Source: Ginkgo biloba
Taxonomy: Eukaryota; Plantae; Ginkgophyta
Length of the DNA: 19,293 nucleotides
Reading direction: 5' to 3'
Assembly: GCA_024626585.2 (NCBI GenBank)
Contig: JANKJI020000004.1
Location: 78,477,424 to 78,496,716 of the forward strand
The notes under the pieces are model-generated. The model had not been told where the DNA came from and searched no databases. It saw only the letters and a list, made by a program, of their open reading frames with translations. Shown piece by piece: positions 10,164 through 19,293 of the stretch (its first letter is position 1; each line of letters opens with the position of its first letter). A program made the position numbers and the translations under genes.

Positions 10164-10437
10164 TCCCTAATGAGTTTAACTCGTGTTGAATGCGTTAGGG
10201 ATCAAGGATGACGCTCATGGCAATGGCTGTCACTCAACACGAGAATCTCTCTGTGCTAGTTGTGCTAGGGATTGCGGACGACAATGAGTTGAGCGCCAAT
10301 TAATTAGCATGTAAGAACCTCCCTAACGCTACTTGTGTTAGTGATAGTTTGCTAGGGACAATAATGAGAACTCTGGTTGTCAATTAGCATGCAACTATCT
10401 CCTTGCATTGGCTGCGATAGCGATGGTGCATTAGGGA
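10164..10437. repeat. Array of degenerate TCCCTA...TAGGGA palindromic units
   Basis: TAGGGA occurs at 10196, 10266, 10353 and 10432. Units of 38-39 nt lie at 10164-10201, 10320-10358 and 10400-10437. AATTAGCATG occurs at 10302 and 10382. Confidence 0.65.
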
Positions 10438-11149
10438 CCACAGCGTCATGTGACAAGATGGTCGACCAAATTGAAGTCGAGCATTTTCCTTGGCCCATAT
10501 CATTTCTACAATTCATTCCCTATGACAAAGCAAATCAATGAGTATCATGATAAAAGTGCTAGGTTGGGCCCAATAGGAGGCTACTCTGACCTATCCAATG
10601 CAACAACAATGATCTTTTGATTGCCAATTGCTCCATATCCTCCAATACGTTGGCCAAATACTCTTTGGCCAACCAATGGCTAGCCATTCCTTGGCCTTGA
10701 TGGCTTGCCCCTTGTTGATGAGGGACAAGGGAACTCGATAGGTAGGAAGGAATAATCCTACCTTCTCTCACTTACGAAGGCCCGGCATGGGTTTGAATCT
10801 TCAATAATGTACTATCAAATGACATTGAGCCAATTCATGTTGAGTACTGTTAAGCATATGAGTGCCTAACGAGTGCACAGTGAGTCCTATCCTAAGCATG
10901 CAAGTATAACATCCAGTATGATAACACATTCATATCCATATCACTGTACACACNNNNNNNNNNNNNNNNNNNNNNNNNNNNNNNNNNNNNNNNNNNNNNN
11001 NNNNNNNNNNNNNNNNNNNNNNNNNNNNNNNNNNNNNNNNNNNNNNNNNNNNNTGAAAATCTTATTCCATTTAGGCAATTTCAAGATTATTGTGTTGAGA
11101 GAGCACAAACATCAACCATAATACTTAGTGCTATAGCAAGAAGGGATGA

Positions 11150-12119
11150 TTGACATGGTGGAGCTCCCATTCGTTTTCATGGAGTACTCGGTAGTAGAGA
11201 AACTGTTGCCAACATATAAAAATAATGGGCTACATCTAGGAACTTATTGGTTGGTTATTGATGGGAATACAAATTCTAGCATTATTGGTCTACCCAAGTA
11301 GGGCCAAGCTATTGATCCAAGGGCTAGAACTAAAAATACCACAAAGGCAAAGATTTCTTAGCCTTTATATCTATGATTGCAAGAAACCCAAGCATGGACT
11401 AAATCCATTAGCTTTACCATTTTCGCCATTAGAAATTCAACCAAGTTGTGGACAACTTGAATAATAGCCAATAGGATATTTTGGTGTGTTTTCTACCTAT
11501 TTGTTATAGTAATGGGCCTCTATAGTGGTCAAAGTGGCCAATGATGATGTGCTCAATTGGGTAAAGTGGTATGAGGAGAGAGTAAATGAATTGTGTCGTG
11601 ACATAGTAGACCGATATGTACTTACTTACCGCCTCAATAATCCATTTGGGGGTTATGGAGCTACTCAACTAGTTAGATTAGGTATATCGGGATATTCTCC
11701 CTAGAGGAAGAGCCTGTTCAAAATATACTGTCTAAGAAGCTCAATGTTACCCTTCCTTTCAACAATATTGCTTCACGCAATTGAGAGCTTAAAATGATCA
11801 ATTAACCATGATGAATTTGTTTGCGGATTATGCAAAGGCTTAATGGATCAAGATTGGCTAGGAGGATGTNNNNNNNNNNNNNNNNNNNNNNNNNNNNNNN
11901 NGAAATGTCTAAAGCATAAGTGGTTCATTGCCTATTGGTTCCCAGATGGTGATATTGAGGCTATGCTCACAAAGCTTAAGACTATGGTCATGAAGGCGAA
12001 CTTGATGCAGGGTCATCATTATGATTTTGGACAACCACAGGCAACTCAACCATTTTGAAGAAGTCGGTAAAGCATTTTGGAAGATTGCAAAAAAATAAAT
12101 TAAGTTCTAAACGAAGCGG
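11150..12119 (+). pseudogene. Decayed ORF remnant, probably TE-borne extra ORF (N-terminal part)
   Basis: Protein-like text runs across stops: FLSLYIYDCKKPKHGLNPLALP...VKVANDDVLNWVKWYEERVNELCRDIVDRYVLTY...FVCGLCKGLMDQDW. I cannot identify the family with certainty. Confidence 0.4.
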
Positions 12120-12258
12120 NNNNNNNNNNNNNNNNNNNNNNNNNNNNNNNNNNNNNNNNNNNNNNNNNNNNNNNNNNNNNNNNNNNNNNNNNNNNNNNNN
12201 NNNNNNNNNNNNNNNNNNNNNNNNNNNNNNNNNNNNNNNNNNNNNNNNNNNNNNNNNN

Positions 12259-12396
12259 TGTTCGTCGAACATATTAGTTATGTTTGTTGAATAGTGAAGA
12301 AACGTTTGATGAATGACCTCATACTATTCGTCGAACATTGGAGGAAATACAATTTTAGTTATGTTCGTTGAACGACCCCATATTGTTCAACGAACA
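12259..12396. repeat. 22-bp-period array of the palindromic 13-mer TGTTCGWCGAACA
   Basis: Six degenerate copies start at 12259, 12281, 12303, 12325, 12362 and 12384 (spacings 22, 22, 22, 37, 22). Confidence 0.8.
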
Positions 12397-13143
12397 GTAA
12401 AGGGCCGTGGTGAAAAAAAGGCAAATGAAGAAAAATAAAAGAAGTGACGACAAGTATTTAAGGTAGGTTGGTGGCCTGCACAGGGACTTTTANNNNNNNN
12501 NNNNNNNNNNNNNNNNNNNNNNNNNNNNNNNNNNNNNNNNNNNNNNNNNNNNNNNNNNNNNNNNNNNNNNNNNNNNNNNNNNNNNNNNNNNNNNNNNNNN
12601 NNNNNNNNNNNNNNNNNNNNNNNNNNNNNNNNNNNNNNNNNNNNNNGAAGGAACAATTCAGGTTTGTAGGGACAAAGGACAGATCTGGAGAGAAAGAGAC
12701 AGGGAAAAAGGGAAGAGCAGGGTTCATAGGAAGTGTGGCAATCCTTGGCCGGCGACAACGGTGGAGAAGTGAGAGTGTTCTCAAGAAGATTTAAGCGTGG
12801 GAGAGCAAAACTAATTGTTGGGTTGAGGACAATATGTATGTAATCTCTGCCATATGGCAGTTTCAACCGTGTAATTGCTCATTCCCTCTATGGTTTTCAT
12901 GTATTAATAAGAAGTTATTGTGTTGGTCCACCAAAAGTTGAATTTTTGTGCGCATGTTTTCTTTGTTTTAATTTCTGTGCATAACAAAATTGTCATTTGG
13001 GCTTGTTAATTGGCCAAATTCCGTTCGTGTCTTCTCCCAAGGCGGGTTGCAACCACGGGGCTTGCATAAGAACTCCTGTGCTTATGCTAATGTGGTTTAA
13101 ATAAGGTACCTAAGTGTTTAGAAGCATTTATTCTTACCCATCA
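12259..13143 (+). mobile_element. LTR-like insertion (contains an N gap)
   Basis: The palindrome array is followed by a purine-rich tract (12647-12800) and then a T-rich U5-like region ending ...cccatCA at about 13143. It interrupts protein-like sequence on both sides. Confidence 0.45.
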
Positions 13144-15260
13144 ATAGTGGGCTTTAGCAAACAATATCACTTCGTTGTAGGGCAAGAATCAAGACATCTA
13201 ACTGAAGAGGTGTCGTCTTTCCTCCATTAATTTTTTTGGGTCAGAATGAAATCCAAAATCTAAGAAAGAATCTCTAAGCTCCCTTTGGCTAACATAGTTG
13301 TTGAACACAATTCCCCAGTGAAATTGAAGGCAAGAGCTTTAGTTATTACTTTTGCCTAGTAAGAGTCGAGAAGATGAAGGAGCTTGAGTCTAAGAGGCTC
13401 TTCTTCTCAATAGAGAAAGGACCAAGGTTTGTAGGATGAGCACCAAATCAATTGGGAGATTGACGAGGAGGTAAAGTAGGAGTGACAAACTCAATCTAAG
13501 CAAACTACTCAAAGTGATCAACAATAAGAGAAGCCCTAGTTGCAGGAACATGGTCAAGAGCAATAATGGACCCCCTAAGTGGTTTTAAGATCTATGATAG
13601 CTATACTTCTCTCATAATTCAAGTGCCTTGGGAGCAATGGCTCTAGAATTTCCAAGTTGACACCTCCCATGCAAGTATGGACCAAACAATGGTAGCAATT
13701 GGCTAGCCAACTTCGTTAAAGAAATTGAAGGAAAAGNNNNNNNNNNNNNNNNNNNNNNNNNNNNNNNNNNNNNNNNNNNNNNNNNNNNNNNNNNNNNNNN
13801 NNNNNNNNNNNNNNNNNNNNNNNNNNNNNNNNNNNNCTCAAATCTGAGGTACGTTTGAATTATAGAACAACCTCTGGTTTTATTTACCATTCTAAGAATT
13901 CAATGCGCACAATTCCCACCAAATTGGTTAGTGATATTATTATTTGTTCAACTACAAAGCTTCCTCTAAGAGTAACAAAACTTGAAGATAAGCTCAAAGT
14001 ACAAGAAAATGTATAAAAGAAGGAAAATGATGGGCCTAAAGAAAAGCTCAATTTATTATTAGAGACATTGAGGCAAGGTTTGACATACTTCCATAGGGTG
14101 TCAGATTAATGATTAAGGATGGATCTGAAGATTCTTTAGGGCAACAATATGCCGTGGTGGTGGAATTTGCTCAAGTTCTTATAATTGACATTGGCAAACC
14201 TTCAACCATTGTAGGACCTTTGGAAGCTATGTAGTAGGATTTGCAATTATTCTAGAAGGAGGTTTCTCAATTGAAGGCTGAGGGAAGCACTTTACTCCAA
14301 GAATACAAAGAGATTGAGGAAGTCGAGATAAAGTTGAAAGTTGTCCTAGAAAAAATGTAACCGATATTAGATCTCAGGCTCTCCTCCCCATGAACAATTG
14401 TGGCCTTGGTTTAGGCTTAGGTACAAACCAAATTAGAGGATCATTGCCTACCAAATTAGAAAGTATGTAGAAGGTAGCTAAAGAGATCGATGCATTTTTT
14501 CTAGCCGCTATACAACAATCTAAGGAGGTGGGTGATTGTAGGGTGTTGATTTAAGAGCAAGTGATCTCAACAGTGTTATACATGATTAGAGAAGCAAAGG
14601 CTTAGGCAAATGTTTCCCTAAAGGTAGACCAAAATTCTATGGTCACCTTTGAAGCCCATAATCCCACCCAATTCTCGATGCTTTGGATTGTGTTGACACA
14701 TGTCCTTATCTAGGCATAAAGTCAAATAAAAAAATTTGATTAAGTCTTGGAATCCACAACCGATTTGAAAGGCTCAATTAAAGACACTTCTACACTGTCT
14801 AGACACAAAGTCAAATAAAAAAAGTTGACCAAGTCTTGGAATCCACAACTGATTGGAAAGGCTCAACTAAAGACAATTTTATGTTATATTCAATGATTGA
14901 ATTGGATGAGTTAGTAGGCTCTATGTCATAGGTTGTCATAAGGCTAGATAAAATTAAGGGGAGTGTCGACTAAACACTGTAACTAGTGGAGGGCACAAGA
15001 CAATAAGAGGATATAACTCCCCTTCTTGACATCACTACGATTGTAGAGGAGGCAACTTATGGAGCTAAACGTGTGGGATTGATGTTGGATGAGGAAGAAG
15101 AGGTGATTTGGGAGGATGAGCCTCAAAATAGGAGAGATATCGAAGTTGTAACAACTTCTGTAGTGTAAGAACAATAATCGATAAGCTAGGCCATGGTTAA
15201 GGAAGTTACATAGAGCTTAGGGGAGAAAATCAATCTCCTATTGCAAGTGATGGTTAGTCA
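13144..15260 (+). pseudogene. Decayed coiled-coil-rich ORF remnant, probably TE-borne
   Basis: Reads FWVRMKSKI*ERISKLPLANIV...DLQLF*KEVSQLKAEGSTLLQEYKEIEEVEIKLKVVLEKM...KVAKEIDAFFLAAIQQSKEV...DEEEEVIWEDEPQ, with many stops. Confidence 0.4.
14709..14875 (+). repeat. Tandem direct duplication, two 78-bp copies with an 89-bp period
   Basis: 14709-14786 and 14798-14875 match at about 70/78 nt by hand alignment (shared AAGTCTTGGAATCCACAAC, GAAAGGCTCAA). Confidence 0.92.
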
Positions 15261-16295
15261 ACCTNNNNNNNNNNNNNNNNNTAATGGATCCTTATGCCCC
15301 AATGATTGGGGTTCTAGGAGAATGAGAAGAGAATGAAGAGATTGAAGAAGTTTCCTTTGTCCACCATCTTCAACCAATTCCCAACTCCCAATTCTTCTAA
15401 ACCACTAGGGTGGAAAACTACCTTGGCATAACCAATGTCTTTGTAGATAAGGCTAGTGGGCATGCCTTTGTCCCATATCATAATTGTACCAATTGGAGAG
15501 GAAATTGGGGAGGAATAATTGNNNNNNNNNNNNNNNNNNNNNNNGTCACCTCTTTTGCCAAGCAATAATTGACTCCCTCACTGCTAGAGCCTACAGAAAT
15601 ACTTGAAAGAAGTTGTACAGAGAAGAGAGAGGAGAGAGTGAGTTGATTCACTCAATTTTGGGAGGAAAGAAGATAAATTTTCTAGAAGGAAAAACTACCA
15701 AAGGCCAATGTTTTCCAGAGGCTATATAAGGGATGATTTTGAATTAGGAAGGATTGTTTTTTGAANNNNNNNNNNNNNNNNNNNNNNNNNNTATCTTGTT
15801 GAGTTTTTTATCTTTTGTTCATTGAACATTGAGTAATAGACTTTTAGAGAATCCCTACAAAAGCTTTTGAGTTGAGAAAGAAGAGAAGAGCTTGTGTCTA
15901 GTATGTAAACTTGCTTTGAGAATGTGTTCAATGTTTTTTTTTTATTGAAAATAAATTTAATTATCTAGAATAAACATTAGTACATCAATATAGCGTTTTA
16001 ATACATCTACCAAGTATAAAATACTTTACACATAGGCAAGTGTCTATTGTAGTGTTCCAAGAAGGAAAAATACTAAATAATATAGAGAAATTAATAATTT
16101 TACAAATAAGAAGTAAATAAATAATTTAATAAGAACAATAATTATAGAAGACGGAGGGTGTGGGACATTCATTGCCCACAATAGGCATCTAAATTGAGAG
16201 CACCTACTTTTCAAAGTAGAAGGTTCTTCTTAAAAGAAGAGACAAGTAAAAGAGATGTTGAATTTAAGATGAGATGTTATAATATGGGCCGATTG

Positions 16296-16317
16296 GTGTG
16301 TGTGTGTGTGTGTGTGT
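16296..16317. repeat. (GT)11 microsatellite
   Basis: Read directly from the sequence. Confidence 0.95.
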
Positions 16318-16762
16318 ATAGGGGTCAAAGCATGCCAATAGTATCNNNNNNNNNNNNNNNNNNNNNNNNNNNNNNNNNNNNNNNNNNNNNNNNNNNNNNN
16401 NNNNNNNNNNNNNNNNNNNNNNNNNNNNNNNNNNNNNNNNNNNNNGGTTTATGGGGTCTATACCCCTGCAACCAATCATGCAATGGCACATGGAAGCTAG
16501 ATTTCATTTTTGCCACAAAGAACCCAAAATATGACAAAATAGCACACAAGCCTAACAAAGTCTCTTTAGCACAAGGATTAAAAATATTAAATAATACAAA
16601 TATTAAAGATAATTGGTTAGAATGTTTAAGGCCTTTGGAATGGGTTACATAAGAAATAACAACATTTTATAGAGAATATTAGCTAATAGGGTTTAAGGTT
16701 TATGAGCTTAGGTGGGTAGGAAAAGATGTCATGCAACTCCAACAAAACTTTACAGGATTAAT

Positions 16763-16786
16763 TCCAACTCCAACTCCAACTCCAAC
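16763..16786. repeat. (TCCAAC)4 hexanucleotide repeat
   Basis: Read directly from the sequence. Confidence 0.9.
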
Positions 16787-17662
16787 TTGGAAATTCGTAG
16801 GATCAATNNNNNNNNNNNNNNNNNNNNNNNNNNNNNNNNNNNNNNNNNNNNNNNNNNNNNNNNNNNNNNNNNNNNNNNNNNNNNNNNNNNNATAAACATT
16901 TCTAAGACATCCTTGTTATTTCTATTGCTTAGTTGAAATGTTTAGTAAGGAGAACATCGAGTTATTATTCATTCTAATTTATATCAAAAGCAGAGTATAA
17001 AGAGGTTAAGATTAAGAAGAAATGGTTGTGCATAGTCTTATTTGAAAATTTAACTTGTAAACACAACATATAGTTATAAGCGTGTATGTTGGGTGGAATG
17101 CTCAATTTAGTTGCTAAATGCATAGAAGTATGGGGTATGTCATAATAAAGTTTTTGTTAGCAACCATGTGCACGAGCCTCCAAAATTTTTCCAAGGNNNN
17201 NNNNNNNNNNNNNNNAACAGTTTCTCCCGGTTGTCTCAAGAGATCTGCTCTAGGTGGTTCTTCGATTTGTGGCTCCTTGTTGTATTCCACTTCACCTTCT
17301 CACGACAGTGAGGCAGAAGACGAAAAAAAAGTTGTAGATGGTCCGCACTAGGAGATCGGATGTTAAATGGAGGAGAGGTCACCATAAAATGGAGGGAGAA
17401 CTTCTGCAAAGAAGAGAAAAGAAAGAATGGGGGACACACATGTAGAGGAANNNNNNNNNNNNNNNNNNNNNNNNNNNNNNNNNNNNNNNNNNNNNNNNNN
17501 NNNNNNNNNNNNNNNNNNNNNNNNNNNNNNNNNNNNNNNNNNNNNNNNNNTCATGATGATAATGGACCCATGTTAGTTGACCATCATGAGGTTGAATTTC
17601 TAACCTACTCACTTGACAAAATTTAAATTTTTATCCAGTATAATTTATAGATGGATGTACTC

Positions 17663-17695
17663 TGTGTGTGTGTGTGTGTGTATGCATGTGTGTGT
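17663..17695. repeat. (TG)9 microsatellite with imperfect extension
   Basis: Read directly from the sequence. Confidence 0.9.
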
Positions 17696-18149
17696 ATCTC
17701 AATATTACTAAGATATGTAAGTGCAAGGATGGGGATAAGTACATCATTTTTGTAAGGTGGATGTGTAGGTTCGTGGGTGCAACTAATAAATATATTTGTA
17801 TGCATGTGAATGCATGCCTATGTGTACATATATATGTGATTTTAAAAAAAATCATAAAACACTATAAAATTTGAAACATTAGTTTAAATATTATGTTTGT
17901 TATAAAACTTAAAAATTAACTCATTATTCAAATTTTCATTATCATATGATATGATTAGATAAATGCTAAGAATATCAAATTGAAAGTGAAGATAGTGATA
18001 TACATATCTAATAATGCATAATACTACATAGTACATACTAAAAAGTAACAAATTCCAAATATTAAAATGTGATATAAAAGATCTATAAGACTATAAATTA
18101 GACTTAGGATTAGTGAATATATAAATTTACTACTAAAAAGGGTATTTAT

Positions 18150-18870
18150 AACAATTTCATCATTAATTTCTTTAGATAGAAGACTCTCTAAGAATTTGTC
18201 ACTCTTAAGAGATGGCTCATTGATGGTCACAATTACAAGTAAGGTTGTAATTCCATCTTCCATAATATCTTCATGTAGATTATTCTCATAATTACATTGA
18301 TTTTATTTCTTAGTATGACCCTCTTTATACTAAAGATAAATATAAAACCTTGGTCAAAGGATGCTATATATAAACACTAGGTTTTATATACTTTTTTTTA
18401 TCCCAATCAATTACTCTAGTTCCTCTCATAATAAGAGAAAGTATCCACCTATGAAAGCAATTTAACCCATATGTGGTCTCTTCGTAGACATGAATTCATT
18501 GGGAGTAAAATAAGAATTTGAATTTTATTAACTACTTTCATGTGTAGGATATGCAATAGACGTAGGAGTAGTATTTTAAGGTGTTAAATAGGTTTGGTTT
18601 TGTGTATATGGAAAGAGACCATTCAATTTCATCTACTCATTTAATATGTATTTATTTTGGTCCTTATCATAACCAAAAGGACCCACTCCATCACCTGGTG
18701 CATTTAAGAGATATTCCTTGACTCTTGTATAACTTCTAAAGAATGGTTTATGGTTATAGAATGTGCACGTGATCAAGGACATCCATCTTGAACCCTTAAG
18801 GGATTTTGTGCTCTTGTAATAATTTCATAGAGGTTTATTTGGATTAAATCCATCCTTTATCACTATCCTA
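18150..18870 (-). mobile_element. Internally deleted, decayed hAT-superfamily transposase (BED zinc finger plus C-terminal dimerisation region)
   Basis: The minus strand reads FNPNKPL*NYYKS...ITCTFYNHKPFFRSYTRVKEYLLNAPGDGVGPF (about 18850-18675), the plant hAT BED-finger pattern PLW..C.FC...GSYTRVK.HLL...G.GV..C. Below about 18450 it reads VDTFSYYERN*SN*LG*KK..NLVFIYSIL*...YKEGHTKK*...TINEPSL, the pattern SSS.ERNWS..RNRL...LVF.HSNLR...YKEG.TK.W...LDEP.L. TIRs were not identified. Confidence 0.8.
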
Positions 18871-19293
18871 AAATCATAAATATACCCTCCCTAAAAAATA
18901 TATCTTCCTTTAATAATTAAAAATATATCCTCCTCTAAAGATTTGCCCTCCCTTTGAATAAGACTTAAAATGGGGGGCAGAAAAGAATAATAGCCAAAAT
19001 AAGTTAAAATGAGAAAGACAACATAAATATGGGAATATGTTAATTAAGTTACTAATCTAAAATCTAAAGTTTATTTGGATTTCCTCCCTCTTAGATGGCT
19101 TATTCTCCTCTTTTTGACTTATTTCATCCTATTTTTTCTTTCTACAACCTCTTATCTGCTTATTGCTTCCTCTCCGCTTCTGACTACACCCACTTTTTTC
19201 CTTACTACACTCTCTTCTCCACTTACTACTCCCTATGTTTTTATTACTAACTTCAATTTTTTATGCTTACAATGAGCATGCAAATAGCATATA

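Noticed and set aside
10164-12396. The two palindrome arrays as CRISPR arrays
   Set aside because: The context is eukaryotic with spliceosomal introns, the repeats are highly degenerate, the spacers are too short or related to each other, and no cas genes are present.
13699-13710. TTGGCTAGCCAA palindrome resembling 10675-10688
   Set aside because: It is isolated, its flanks are unrelated, and it is compatible with chance.
15314-15950. Minus-strand ORF fragment plus a TATA-containing (15723) LTR-like tract
   Set aside because: Probably TE-derived, but it is broken by gaps and has no recognisable motif or terminus.
11843-17626. ORFs containing long X runs
   Set aside because: Their length comes from N gaps, so they are not evidence of coding sequence.
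19075-19275. Hydrophobic 66-aa ORF resembling a signal or membrane peptide
   Set aside because: It arises from a CT-rich low-complexity tract with a non-ATG start, and nothing else supports it.

Overview
This is AT-rich eukaryotic DNA, most likely from a land plant with a large genome (gymnosperm-like, by inference), in a gappy draft scaffold with many N-runs. The only host gene I can support is the last three coding exons of a + strand biosynthetic threonine dehydratase/deaminase (OMR1/ilvA-like; 7161-7278, 7575-7709, 7906-8046). They have canonical GT-AG introns and encode the C-terminal ACT-like regulatory region. No earlier exon is visible, so bases 1-7160 appear to be part of a >7 kb intron filled with decayed Ty3/gypsy pieces: LTR-like segments, two gag remnants, zinc knuckles with an inverted duplicate, two RT fragments and a decayed extra ORF. 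Downstream of the gene are a probable solo LTR, two arrays of degenerate palindromes, a long decayed ORF of unknown function, microsatellites, and a minus-strand internally deleted hAT transposase relic that the ORF track does not reveal. I found no prokaryotic-type system (CRISPR, operon, tRNA/rRNA) and no firm evidence of a wholly new system. The best leads are the palindrome arrays, the unassigned decayed ORFs and the hAT relic.
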